A DNA stretch of 64,000 nt from positions 31,806,001 through 31,870,000 of the forward strand of contig OZ024752.1 in NCBI GenBank assembly GCA_964016885.1, given 5' to 3'. The notes beneath the pieces were generated by a model. That model did no database searches. It was not told where the DNA came from and saw only the letters and a list, made by a program, of their open reading frames with translations. The position numbers and the translations under genes are program-made. Position 1 is the stretch's first letter. Each line of letters begins with the position of its first letter. This DNA is from Eledone cirrhosa. Its lineage: Eukaryota. Positions 16,335-29,348 of the stretch are shown here, one piece after another.

Positions 16335-16752
16335 GCGCGGGGACATATAAATAGTCGGGTTGGACACCCGATTGCACGGTTTTTTGTTTTTTGGGGTTTT
16401 TTTGCGCGGGGACATAGAAATAATCGGGCTGGATGCCCGCTCACGCAGTTAAACCACTGGGAGTGAAGAACCCCTAGCCCTTGTCAGGGCATTCTTCTAG
16501 GAGAAGGCATCTCAGGAAATTGGGTTAACTCCGACATAAAACCTGCGGTTCAGTAGTTACCGATGATGTTGATCTTTTCTTCTTTTCGGGTTATAGCTAC
16601 TGTCGCTCAGAGAGTGGGATTGGCTCAGTGCACAGTCTTTCCTCACTTTAAAATAAAATCTTCACGCACAGGTATTGCACAATAGAATTAATTAATAATT
16701 ATTAATAATGGTATATCGTGCAATCGCCATACTCGATAACGAGGGGAAGCCG

Positions 16753-16757
<5 letters not shown>
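16335..16757 (+). mobile_element. RTE-derived non-autonomous retroposon (5'UTR-like part + 3' tail)
   Basis: Shares CTAGGAGAAGG..AAACCTGC..GATGATGTTGA..AGAGAGTGGGATTGG..ACAGGYATTGC..GCCATACTCGATAACGAG..GCC with 29643, 30826, 35815 and 41700. Confidence 0.65.
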
Positions 16758-16800
<43 letters not shown>

Positions 16801-16804
<4 letters not shown>

Positions 16805-17147
16805 CAAAGGAAATGTGGTAAGGAACCAGATGGACCATAACGCACCAGAGTACTCAATACTTAGAGTAGTCCAGAAATAGCCGTCGAAACGGCTTGAGCT
16901 CTGCCGTCGGGGTCATACTTTTTCCTATATATATATATATATATAACGAAGGAAATCTGGTAAGGAACCAGATGGACCATAACGAACCAAAGTACTCAAT
17001 ACTTAGGGTAGTAGAGTGGGTAATAGGAACAAGTATGATTCCGACGGCAGAGCTCAAGACGTTTCGACGGCTAAATCTGGACTGAATCAGTCCAGATTTA
17101 GCCGTCGAAACGGCTTGAGCTCTGCCGTCGGGGTCATACTTGTTCCT
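16801..17147. mobile_element. Palindromic short non-coding element family in (TA)n (copy set 1)
   Basis: AACGAAGGAAAT.TGGTAAGGAACCAGATGGACCATAACG..AGTACTCAATACTTAG...GAGCTCAAGCCGTTTCGACGGCT with an inverted partial copy; same family at 23145-23812. Confidence 0.7.
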
Positions 17148-18139
17148 ATATATATATATATATATACGTACATATGTATGTATGTTATCTAGTTATGTAT
17201 GTATGTTTACGTATGTCCATATATATCGTTGTCATGTGTGTATACGTATTTAACTACAGGTGTGTTAATATGTGTGTGCATATGTCTGCATGTATATGTG
17301 TGTGTGTGTGTGGATATAAGTAGATATATGTGTGTGCATATGTCTGCATGTATATATTTACTGTTTTCGTGAAATATGTCTACAACGGTTGTGTGTGTGT
17401 ATAAGTGTATATGTGTGTGTGTGTGCATATGTCTGCATGTATATATTTACTGTTTTCGTGAAATATGTCCACAATGGTTGTGTGTGTGTGTGTGTGTATA
17501 AGTGTATATGTGTGAGTGTGTGTGGATATAAGTAGATATATGTATGTGTATATGGGGCTGTATATTTATGGGTGTGTCCCATTGGTTGTGTCTACTAATG
17601 CACGCGGACGTTTATGTGTGGGTGTGGGTGTTTGTGTGGGTGTATGCACGTGAAAGGGGGACAACCAGAGAAAGAGAGAAAAAGAGCGAGAGCAAAAGAG
17701 GAAGAGAGGGGAGAAAATGGGGGAGGGGGAGAAAGAGGGTGATGGGAGTGAGAGAGGGGGATAAAGAGGGTGAGGGGTGAGAGAGAGGGAGAGAGGGAGA
17801 GAGTGAGAAAGAGCGAGAGAGAGGGTGAGAGAAAGAGAGAGAGAGAAAGCGAGAGAGAAAGAGAGGGAGAGAGAAACAGAGGGGGAGAGAAAGAGATGGA
17901 GAGAAAGAGAGGGGGAGAGAAAGAGATGGAGAGAAAGAGAGGGGGAGAGAAAGAGATGGAGAGAAAGAGAGGGGAGAGAGATGGAGAGAAAGAGAGGGGG
18001 AGAGAGAGATGGAGAGAAAGAGAGGGGGAGAGAGAGATGGAGAGAAAGAGAGGGGGAGAGAGAGACATTGTGTGTGACAAATCGAAGGAAATCTATTTGT
18101 CACCAGCTGTGTGTGTGTTACATTATAGTGACTGTCTGT

Positions 18140-18940
18140 GTGAGAGTGTCATTGTCAGTATATATGTCTGTGTGTGTGTTTATATCATTGTCTGCGTGTG
18201 TGTGTTTGTGTGTGTGTATTTATATCATTGTCTGTGTGTGTGTGTGTGTGTGTATTTATATCATTGTCTGCGTGTGTGTGTGTTTGTGTGTATTTATATC
18301 ATTGTCTGTGTGTGTGTGTGTGTGTGCGTTTGTGTGTGTATTTATATCATTGTCTGTGTGTGTGTTTGTTTGTGTTTTTATATCATTGTCTGTGTGTGTG
18401 TGTTTGTGTGTGTATGTGTGTGTCTTTGTGTGTGTATTTATATCATTGTCTGTGTGTGTGTGTTTGTGTGTGTGTATTTATATCATTGTCCGTGTGTGTG
18501 TTTTTATATCATTGTCTGTGTGTGTGTTTTTATATCATTGTCTGTGTGTGTGTGTGTGTATTTGTGTGTGTTTGTGTGTGTTTGTGAGTGTGTTTTTATA
18601 TCATTGTCTGTGTGTGTGTTTATGTGTGTTTGTGTTTGTGTGTGTGTTTATATCATTGTCTGTTTGTGTGTGTTTGTGAGTGTATTTGTATATCATTGTC
18701 TGTGTGTGTGTGTTTGTGTGTGTGTGTTTTTATATCATTGTCTGTGTTTGTGTATGTATTTGTATAACATTGTCTGTGTGTGTGTGTTTGTGTGTGTTTG
18801 TGTGTATTTGTATATCATTGTCTGTGTGTGTGTGTGTGTGTTTGTGTGTGTTTGTGTGCGTGTGTGTTTGTGTTTTTATATCATTGTCTATGTGTGTGTG
18901 TGTGTTTGTGTGTATATGTGTGTGTGTATTTGTATATCAT
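18140..18940. repeat. TG-rich minisatellite anchored by TATATCATTGTCTG
   Basis: Anchor repeated more than 15 times. Confidence 0.9.
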
Positions 18941-19043
18941 GGTCTGTGTGGGAATGTGTGACATTTTCTGTGTGGAAGAGACCGAGTGTGTGTGACTGTG
19001 TTTCCTTCAGGCTGTTTATGTGTTTGTCTGTGTATATGTATAT

Positions 19044-19077
<34 letters not shown>

Positions 19078-19517
19078 CACATTGACTGTGTATGTGTTTG
19101 CCTGTGTGTGAGAGTGTGTCATTGTCGGTATGTGTGTGTGTGTGTGTATGTGTCTCTTTGTATGTGTGTGTGTGTGTCTGTATGTGTCTCCCTGAAAAAA
19201 TGCAACCATTCTGGTTGGAATCTCCTGAATGGTTGCATTTGTTCAGGGTATGTCAATATTTATTTATAAAACTAACCTATATTATATTTAATCTGATGAA
19301 AGCGCATCATAGTTTGCCTTGGTGGCCCTTGAAATATGTATAATGAAAAAAATATGTATAATGAAATAAATATGGTTTTATAAATATAGTTTCCATTTGT
19401 TAATATATATATATATCGGTGCAATAATAACTAAAATAAGTTATTAGGACAATTAAAACAAGTAAAGCGAGTGAGACAGGAGAACAACAAAGAGTATAGC
19501 TAACCGTAGGTGAATGA

Positions 19518-19569
<52 letters not shown>

Positions 19570-20619
19570 ACAGGGAGAAAGAGACGATTATTAGGAAGAA
19601 AAACATTTTTTTTTCCCTTTTTATTTCTTTCTCTCTGTTTTTCTGGGTTAGAAAATGATTAAAACGAAATGTTTTACTTTGTGTGAAGTGTAAAGGTATT
19701 AGTTGATTTATTTATTAATTAACAATGGCATTTATTTATCTATTTATATATTTAATAATTGTCTATTACCGGTTTCAGCATTTTTATGAATTATCAAATG
19801 ATAGTGATATGTATTGGTGTAGAATGGTGGTGTTGCACATGTTAAAGAAATGGTGCAGAAAGAATAATGTTATTTACAAACAAGGTTTATGAAGTGAAAA
19901 GAAAAAAGAAAAAGAGGAGCGTAATGTAGAACATAAAAAGTCAATGTGAAAGAAAAAATAATGTTATTTACAGGCATAGTTCTTGAAGTTAAGCAGATAA
20001 AAATGTGTTAATATAGCAAGGGTGCTTAGTTGATCCATGATTGCCTTAATGAATCACAGAGCAGGGAAGATCCTATGATATATCGCTCAAAGAATGCTTG
20101 CTAAATTTTGATTTCACCTGTGTTGTATCTGAGTGGGAATTTTGGTTTTTGTTTCCCTTAGATTGTGAGTAAAACTTTTCTAGAAACTCTCTTCATTTTC
20201 ATGGAATTCTATATAGAATGTTACTAGATTGATGGATTGAGAAAAGCTATTGTTCCAAAGTAAACGCAAAAGATTAATTAATAAGCGAATGTAAAAATCC
20301 TCAATAAAAAGAAAACAGATCATAAAATGTGCGCATTGTTGTCTTGAATATAATATATATAAGTTTATGTGGTTGTGCGCCTGAGGGGATGTGTCTATAT
20401 ATTCATAGAAATGCGCAGAAAAACAAACGAAATTGCATTGCCCAGAGCATGGCAATTAAAGAAGTTAAATGCTGTATTTCGTTCATCCCACCTGCTTCGT
20501 TTTCTTGTGTTTTTTCTTCTTTATATGTGAAATTAGCTATTTATTTGCTATTTATTATTACTGTAACGCTACGCGCTCCTTCTTGGATTAATTCATTGTT
20601 TACTTACCAGTTTACTTAC

Positions 20620-20860
20620 ACATCATCATCATCATCATCATTCTTCGACTACTGTCGAGATGATGGATCTCACCCTCATGCCCAGAATTTCCCGTCCCCC
20701 ATCGCTGCCCCCAGGTCCCGTCTACTGATTCCCGTATCCCTAGAGATCATTATGATCAGAAACAGGACCCGGGAAAGCAGGGGCTGGACCTATATCAACA
20801 GGTATACCATATACTGTGGTTCCCTGAGGAACAGGAACCCTGGTGCAGTCAGTTGCGAAA
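20620..20860 (-). mobile_element. Degraded RTE-type LINE 3' end with (GAT)n tail
   Basis: Minus strand reads ISRDTGI...DLGAA(M).D..FW-like remnant followed by GATGATGATG. Confidence 0.45.
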
Positions 20861-21604
20861 TCCATCATCTTTTCAAATAGCTAATAATACTTACACATAT
20901 ATTAAGGACACTCATGCTATCATCCACAATCTCAATCTCTTTTTTGACGAAAGTATATTTATATTTCCCTCCCCTCTGGCGTCACTATTTACACAACTTC
21001 TCTGCACCATATCCTCTTCTGTTTCCAGTTGTTAGACTTGTTATTAATTGTATACGTAATCACTCAGCTACACTAGTCGAAAGACATTCCTTGTTCTCCC
21101 TTCTCTATATTTTGCTGAGTTGTTTCATGTGCATCTTTCCAGCGACTTTCAGCCATGCAACATGGATTTAATAATGCACGAAATTGCATTGACAGAGGTG
21201 GTTGGTGAGGATATAAGATGTTTTTGTACATTCGTCCCACGCATTTCTCTTTTTCTTGTGCAACATTGTTATGTATAAAAATAAAAATATATGTATGTTT
21301 GTGTAGAAGTATGTGTGCGTATGTGGATGCGTATGTGTGTGTAATGATGTCTATAAGTGTATGTATACGTGTATGTGTATAAATGTGTGTATGTGTGTGT
21401 ATAGGTGTGTATGTGTTTATCTGCGGGTGTGTGTACGTGCGTTACGATTCGGTATTTGAACTTGATAATTAGTTCATATTTAGCCGTGCGTTTGGAGATA
21501 CGAATAACAGATCTTATGGAGTGAATCAAAAGATTCTACTAACCACACACACACATACAAATACATACACACACACATATATATATATACACACACACAC
21601 ACAC

Positions 21605-21693
<89 letters not shown>

Positions 21694-21899
21694 TAATATT
21701 AAGGATACTATTTATGGTTATGTATATATTAAAACTTTTTATAGTTATGCATATTTAAAACCCTAAACAGTGAAGGTCAGTAATTTATTACTACCTTATT
21801 ACCAGTAAAATAAATAGCTCAATGTAATAACATCAGTTGTTCTACAGAGCAGTTATATAGAATTCACAAGAATCAAAGCTATGTTCAAAGCATTTATTC

Positions 21900-21944
21900 A
21901 CTTACAATTGTTTCATCCAAACCTAGGCTTGAGGTCTTCGGAGC
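21900..21944 (-). ncRNA. Type I minimal hammerhead, CCGAAGA core variant (stem II partly mutated)
   Basis: Minus strand GCU-CCGAAGA-CCUCAAGC CUAG GUUUGGAU-GAAA-CAAUUG-UA^-AGU. Confidence 0.55.
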
Positions 21945-22709
21945 ATTTTTCAATGTTTGTACACATAATTATTACATGTAATGCAAGCACTTGCATTACA
22001 TGTAACACCCTGCCACACATTAATAGTATAAAAATGAGACACACTTGCATGCTCCATGTGTAACTAACGCATACACTACCTACTAGATCTGACTATCAAA
22101 CTATCCTCTTGCATTATCTGTGTTATCTGCCGAATGTATTTTAATTTTGATTTTGATTTTAATTTTAATTTTGATTTTGATTTTGATTTTGAATTTGAAT
22201 TGCTGTACAAAAATAGTATAGTATAATAAATGTCACTCCACTGTACATCAATATATATATATATATGTTCTGATTCTTTACGTTCTGAGTTCAAATCCTG
22301 GCGAGGTTTGCTTTCCCCTTCATTCTTCCGAGGTTAACGAAATAAAATATCAGTCTTTCCTCTTCCCCACAAAATTGCTGACCCTTGTGTCAAAATCAGA
22401 AAGCATTACTGTGTCTAAAGAGCCTTTCATCCATACGGGGTCGATAAAATAAAGTACCAGTAATGTACTGGGTAATTGCTGGCCTTGTGCCAAAAGTAGA
22501 AACAATTACTGTGTCTAAAGAGCAGATGAAATAGTTACGTATGGAACGTCTGTGATAATACATTTTCGTTGTTCAGTGCCGAACAAAAAAAAACCAGAAA
22601 CAATCCCGCTAAGTCTAAGAACTACAAGAACATCAAGAACATCAAGACAACATTAATCACCAGTTCCATAAATCATCTATTTGGAAAGGAGGTCAATTAT
22701 GTGAAAAAT

Positions 22710-22754
22710 GCTCCGAAGAATCCAAGCCTAGGTTTGGATGAAACAATTGTAAGT
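22710..22754 (+). ncRNA. Type I minimal hammerhead, CCGAAGA (U4C) core variant
   Basis: GCU-CCGAAGA-AUCCAAGC CUAG GUUUGGAU-GAAA-CAAUUG(palindrome)-UA^-AGU; 8-bp stem II; AATAAA follows. Confidence 0.68.
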
Positions 22755-22792
22755 GAATAAATGCTTTGAACATAGCTTTGATTCTTGTGAAT

Positions 22793-22970
<178 letters not shown>

Positions 22971-22976
22971 CTTGAT

Positions 22977-23025
22977 GATTCCTGATGATTTCTAAAGAAT
23001 GAAACAGTTCTAGTCCTGTAGAATC
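22977..23025 (+). ncRNA. Type I hammerhead ribozyme with a real stem III
   Basis: GAUUC-CUGAUGA-UUUC UAAA GAAU-GAAA-CAG UUCUAGUC CUG-UA^-GAAUC. Stem I is a perfect 5 bp, stem III is A-U plus CAG/CUG, triplet GUA. Confidence 0.8.
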
Positions 23026-23108
23026 TCATCTATATTAAAACTTTTATACTCTGCTATGTATTGAGTACCTTACTTACTGTGGTTACCTCCGATTCAACCC
23101 GGAATAAC

Positions 23109-23144
<36 letters not shown>

Positions 23145-23146
<2 letters not shown>

Positions 23147-23435
23147 CGAAGGAAATATGGTAAGGAACCAGATGGACCATAACGCACCAAAGTACTCAAT
23201 ACTTAGGGTAGTAGAGTGGGTAATAGGAACAAGTATGACCCCGACGGCAGAGCTCAAGCCGTTTCGACCAAAACGGCTTGAGCTCTGCCGTCGGGGTCAT
23301 ACTTGTTCCTATATATATATATATATATAGATGGAAAAAAAGGAAATTTCATTTCTCACTCTTAGTACGACTGATACTTAAATATATAGTATGTATACGT
23401 ACATACATTTATGTATACAGGCGTACAGTAGTATG

Positions 23436-23483
<48 letters not shown>

Positions 23484-23812
23484 AACGAGTAGGACCCCGA
23501 CGGCTGAGCTCAAGCCGTTTCGACGGCTAATTCTGGACTATTTTAGTCCAGAATTAGCCGTCGAAACGGCTTGAGCTCAGCCGTCGGGGTCCTACTCGTT
23601 CCTATTACCCACTCTACTACCCTAAGTATTGAGTACTTTGGTGCGTTATGGTCCACCTGGTTCCTAAAATAGTCCAGAATTAGCCGTCGAAACGGCTTGA
23701 GCTCAGCCGTCGGGGTCCTACTCGTTCCTATTACCCACTCTACTACCCTAAGTATTGAGTACTTTGGTGCGTTATGGTCCACCTGGTTCCTTACCACATT
23801 TCCTTCGTTATA
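23145..23812. mobile_element. Palindromic short non-coding element family in (TA)n (copy set 2)
   Basis: Same family as 16801-17147. Perfect hairpin ATAGGAACGAGTAGG...CTGGACTA TTT TAGTCCAG...CCTACTCGTTCCTAT at ~23479-23605, plus a tandem copy. Confidence 0.7.
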
Positions 23813-24104
23813 TATAAGTCAATGTCCCCGAAAGGTTAACGTAATTAACTATTTAACGCACCAGTGACCTGGTTTGAATAAGTATCTATCATTCTTTGAA
23901 ATAATATTTTCCTATCTATAATATTGAATTAATAAATAGATGATTTATTGAACTGGTGATTAATGTTGTCTTGATGTTCTTGATGTTCTTGTAGTTCTTA
24001 GACTTAGCGGGATTGTTTCTGGTTTTTTTTTGTTCGGCACTGAACAACGAAAATGTATTATCACAGACGTTCCATACGTAACTATTTCATCTGCTCTTTA
24101 GACA

Positions 24105-25075
24105 CAGTAATTGTTTCTACTTTTGGCACAAGACCAGCAATTAACCAGTACATTACTGGTACTTTATTTTATCGACCCCGTATGGATGAAAAGCTCTTTA
24201 GACACAGTAATGCTTTTTGATTTTGACACAAGGGTCAGCAATTTTGTGGGGAAGAGGAAAGACTGATATTTTATTTCGTTAACCTCGGAAGAATGAAGGG
24301 GAAAGCAAACCTCGCCAGGATTTGAACTCAGAACGTAAAGAATCAGAACAAATATAGTTAATCATGTCTCACACTCTAACAACTCTACCAACCACCGCCC
24401 TATAATAATGATTTCTACTTTTGGCACAAGGCCAGCAATTACCCCCAGTGTATTACTGGTACTTTATTTCATCGACCCCGTAAGGATGAAACGCAAAGAT
24501 TTGTTTTAAAGGCACAAGGCCATCAATTTTGGGGGGAAAGGAAAGTCAATTAAATCGACCGCAGTACGTGACTCGTAAGGATGAAAGGCAAAGTTAACCT
24601 CGGCAGGATTTGGCCGTAAAGGGCCGTAACTCTGTGCTGCAAAGCATGGCGTGCGACTCTCTACCGATACTGCCACTCCACCGCCCTCCATCCCTCTATA
24701 ATAATTGTCTCTACCTTTGGCACAAGGCCAGCAATTACCCCCAGTGCATTACTGGTACTTTATTTCATCGACCCCCGTAAGGATGAAAGGCGAAGTTAAC
24801 CTCGGCGGGATTTGAACTCAGACTGTAAAGGGCCGTAACTCTTTGCGTCAAGGCATTGCGTCCGACATGGTTTCTACTTTAGGCACATGGCCAACATTTT
24901 TGGGGAGGGGCAAGTCGATTAAATCGACCCCAGTGTGTTACTGGTACTTTACTTTATCGACCCCCGTAAGGATGAAAGGCAGAGCTAATTTCGGTGGGAT
25001 TTGAACTCAGAACATAAAAGTACGTAACAATATCTCGCAAAGCATGATATCCGACGCTCTACCGACTCAGACAAT
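24105..25075 (-). mobile_element. Cluster of 4-5 tandem tRNA-derived SINE copies
   Basis: Repeated TTTCTACTTTTGGCACAAGGCCAGCAAT...TTACTGGTACTTTATTTTATCGACCCCGTAAGGATGAAAGGC...GGATTTGAACTCAG. Confidence 0.85.
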
Positions 25076-25685
25076 CAACCAATTTTGTCTTCAGACACAT
25101 AATGTAACATTGTTGTTGTATTAAGACAATAGTGTGGGATTTGAGAGAGTTTATTTAGCTGCTATTTCTAGTATGTCGACCGACTGCCGAATTATTCTTG
25201 TTGGCTTCTGAATCACTGGTTGATGTTGTTGTCATTTAGATACAGATAAAATCTGCTATGGGTGGTGTATAAGTGTGTGTGTGTGTGTAGGTAGGTATGT
25301 GTGAGTGTCTGTGTGAGTGTCTGTGTGTGTGTGTGTGTCTCTCTCACTCTCTCTCACTCTCTCTCACTCTCTCTCACTCTTTCTATCTCTCACTCTCTCT
25401 CTCACTCTCTCTATCTCTCACTCTCTCTCTCTCTCTCTCAGTGTATGAGTCCGCCTGTGTGTAGGTGGATTTAAACGCACAGACGCGGGGAGCATGGCAT
25501 CGCCTGTTTCCAGGGAAGTCATGCAACAATCATTTGCACCACTAATTCTACTTTCCAACTTATATACCAATATCCGTCCGAAGTAGCTAACACTCAGCTC
25601 TGCTAATTCCAGATCAAATTGAAATACGTGAGGGATATACACACACGCACACACACGCACACACACTCCTTCCATATATATATAC

Positions 25686-25786
<101 letters not shown>

Positions 25787-26158
25787 CATATATATACACA
25801 CACATATATATATATACACACATATAATATATATGATGATGGCTGACCCCTCGTTATCGAGTATGGCCATTGCACGAGGAGAAAAAATAAATAATAATAA
25901 ATAAATAAATAAAAAAATAAATAAAATAAAATAAAAAAAAATATATATATATATACACACACACATACATACATACACACATATATATATATATATATAC
26001 ATACACACATATACATTAATAACAATAATAATAATAATAATAATAACAACCACAACAATAATAATAACGACAACAACAATAATAATATACATATACATAT
26101 ATATATACACACACACGCACACACATAAACATATCTATACACACACACACGATAGCAA

Positions 26159-26690
26159 CTAACAGCGCTGCGATCCAATGTGGCTTTTTAGCTCAGCCAA
26201 TGATCTAAAATGTCTTGCACAGAGTCGGCAACCAAAACATTCACTGGGAATAGCCGGCTGTGGTCGGAGTTCATGTACTTTTGTATGTCGCTTGAGCCCT
26301 CCTGCTGATTTACATTCTCTACCACATGTTTGGCAAGCATGATGAGTAGCATCTCCAACAGCAGCCTGGTAGTCAACCACTGGTCTTACTTTATGACTGC
26401 GAAGATGACTTTCGAGTCCAGCTTTGCTTAGGCAGGGTCTCGCACAGACGCTGCCTGTCAGCACCATAGGAGGACCCTCGCCGTCTGGAAGTGCAACAGC
26501 AATGCCCTTCCTCACATCCCGCTTTACTTTCTCGTATGCGATTAGAGATGTCTCAAAGGCAACTTTTCCCTCATATACAGTCTTTCTCCATTTATTACGA
26601 TCAACAGCAATATTTTCCCATGTATCAGCAGAGATGTTAGCGTCTTTCAAAGAGGCTTTCAAGGAATCCTTATACCTCTTTTTTGGTATA
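26159..26690 (-). mobile_element. RTE-clade LINE 3' coding fragment with three C2H2 zinc fingers
   Basis: PKKRYKDSLKASLK..I....WE..A.DR..WR..V..G...FE is the typical RTE C-terminal motif, followed by (G)SVC..H..H, CQTC..H..H and CRLC..H. An RTE-type tail lies at 25832-25878. Confidence 0.8.
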
Positions 26691-26707
26691 CACACACACA
26701 CACACAC

Positions 26708-26738
<31 letters not shown>

Positions 26739-27514
26739 TATATAAAGTGCAGTTATGAATTGAATATGCAAAGATGGGAAAGCACTTAATCCGTGATAAG
26801 ATTGGAATATATACACACACACCCACACATATATATATATATATAAATACCTTTAAGTCGTTTGGAAGCCTCGACAATGCAAATGGGTAAATCTCCGGGT
26901 AACAAGATCCGGTGGTGGAGAGAGAGATGTAAGTGGGTGTACGTTGAGATGCGTCGTGTGTAAAGATGTGTAAATATGTAGAAGAAAGAAGGGAAGAGTA
27001 TAAAGGATAAAATAAGAATAACAACACAAGAGAGAGTTACCTTGGGAGAGATTTAATAGACCCTATATATTTCGGATTCACATCCATCAACTGGGGTTTT
27101 TTCCGGGGTAAAGGTTGTCTGTCGGACAGGTGCGAAACGCGTCCTCCGCTGTTTGTTGTTTTGAATATCTGAGGTATTCGTCAGAGCGCGCGTGCGCGTG
27201 AAATGGGGTCGGTCGGGCAGAGGTCAGCGGCCGAATGAGGGAGTAGGGGTGGCGCTAGCTGTCAGTCCATTCTCTGCCTGTTTGTTAAATGTTACTGTGT
27301 GTGTGCTTGTGTTGTTGTCTCGCTTGAGTGTGTGTGTGTGTGTGCGTGTGTAGTTGCCTTGTTCCTCTGTATTGGCAGTGTAGTATGTTCGTATGGTGGA
27401 ATGCTACTGTGTGTGTGTGTAGTTGTCTCGTTTGTGTGTGCGTGTGTTGTGTGTTGCTACATCGTTTGTTAACTTAAACCAGCCATCTCATTTCGCTTCT
27501 CTCTAATCGGTTGT

Positions 27515-28605
27515 TTATTTACAGTTGCAGGCGTTTGATAAAAGTGCTTCCTTTATACGTAACGTGCCGACGTTTCTTTCAGTCGCTAGAATTGTGACAA
27601 TGGGCCTTCCGTCTTTGTTTCCGCATTTGTCTATGTGTTTCCGGAAAGACGAGGCCCTGGTTTTAGTGTGTTCCTTGATCCGGATGTACAAAGGTCGGAT
27701 TATGCTACCTATGTAGTATTGTTTGCACCTGTCACATTCTATCTTATACACGACGTATGTGCGTAGGCAACAGTTCGCATGACGTATCGGGCAGTCTCTG
27801 AGGGCGCATGCGTCAGTAGATTTCCCGGGTTTCTTGGAGAGGCATCTTCGCAGGGAGGGGCCCGAGTGGGCCAGGTGGATGTCGAGGCTCTCCCTCCGTA
27901 TAGCCTTGCGGATAGCGTTGGTGGTATTCTCGCCCAGATGTGGAATTTTAAGGAAGCACTTGCCTTGGGTGCCTCTCTGTCTCTTTTGTCTGGTGTCTCC
28001 TATTCTGTCTGTGATCGAGGTAGGGTACCCGTTCGTCTCCAGCACCTCGAGGAATCGCTTGGTATAAGTGACACCACTCGCGGGATCGCTGCATCTGTTT
28101 TTGATTCGCGCGATCTCGTTCGTGATGTATCCTCTTTTGGCACTGTTAGGGAGGGCGGACTTGTAGTGAACGAACAGGTCCCTGCAGGCTGCCTTTCGGT
28201 AGAAGTTGCAGTGGATCCTTCCCTGTTCCGTGATGTTGATTCGGAAGTCGAGGAGGGCAAGTGACCCGTCTTCGTTGGGGTGTTCAACACTGAAGTCAAT
28301 GTTCTCGTCCGTGTTGTTGAACGTCTCATAGATTCTGTTAGCCGTGTCTTGGGAAGATGTGAGGATGAGGATATCGTCCACGTACCTTGAGAAAAAGGCT
28401 ACGGCGTTGGGGTGGCAGGCGTTGAGTGCCTTGCGTTCGAGGTTGTCCATGTAAGAGATCGCTAGCACATCTGATAGGCTTGATCCCATGGGCAATCCCG
28501 AGGTTTGTTGGTATGTTTGGTCAAGGAATCCGAAGTAGGTGTTGTCGACGACGATGGATAGGAGTTGGTGGATGTCAGTGGTGGTGAGCCCGAAGCAGTG
28601 TAAAG
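27515..28605 (-). pseudogene. PLE reverse transcriptase (motifs B-E/thumb) + Cys-rich linker + GIY-YIG endonuclease; 5'-truncated, terminal frameshift
   Basis: TYF..LDQTYQQTSGLPMGSSLS, SRYVDDIL, LALLDFRI, YRK, CALRDCP..NCC, VVYKIECDRCKQYYIGS.IRPL..RIKEH, LRIKEALL. Confidence 0.92.
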
Positions 28606-29312
28606 TACGTGGACGATATCCTCATCCTCACATCTTCCCAAGACACATACGTCGTGTATAAGATAGAATGTGACAGGTGCAACCAATACTACATAGGTAG
28701 TACAATCCGACCTTTGTACATCCGGATCAAGGAACACACTAAAACCAGGGCCTCGTCTTTCCGGAAACACATAGACAAATGCGGAAACAAAGACGGAAGG
28801 CCCATTGTCACAATTCTAGCGACTGAAAGAAACGTCGGCACGTTACGTATCAAGGAAGCACTTTTAATCAAACGCCTGCAACCGTAAATAAACAACCGAT
28901 TAGAGAGAAGCGAAATGAGATGGCTGGTTTAAGTTAACAAACGATGTAGCAACACACAACACACGCACACACAAACGAGACAACTACACACACACACACA
29001 GTAGCATTCCACCATACGAACATACTACACTGCCAATACAGAGGAACAAGGCAACTACACACGCACACACACACACACTCAAGCGAGACAACAACACATG
29101 CACACACACACACAGTAACATTTAACAAACAGGCAGAGAATGGACTGACAGCTAGCGCCACCCCACTCCCTCATTCGGCCGCTGACCTCTGCCCGACCGA
29201 CTCCATTTCAGGCGCGCGCGCGCTCTGCCGAATACCTCAGATATTCAAAACAACAAACAGCGGAGGACGCGTTTCGCACCTGTCCAACAGACAACCTTTA
29301 CCCCGGAAAAAA

Positions 29313-29348
29313 CCCCAGTTGATGGATGTGAATCCGAAATATATAGGG
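29313..29348 (+). ncRNA. Degenerate minimal hammerhead in the PLE 3' region (mirror copy at 27061-27096, minus)
   Basis: CCC-CAGUUGA-U GGA UGUGAA UCC-GAAA-UAUA-UA^-GGG. The architecture fits, but the core differs from CUGAUGA at 2 positions. Confidence 0.45.

Noticed and set aside
25441-25635. Unique island with an open minus frame and a plus-strand CT-tract acceptor
   Set aside because: No convincing acceptor/donor pair on minus, and all plus frames stop early; cannot support an exon.
27125-27150. GAAACGCGTC half-hammerhead motifs (also 8855-8867 minus, 36340-36365 minus)
   Set aside because: No matching CUGANGA core and stem I could be found, so they are not called as ribozymes.
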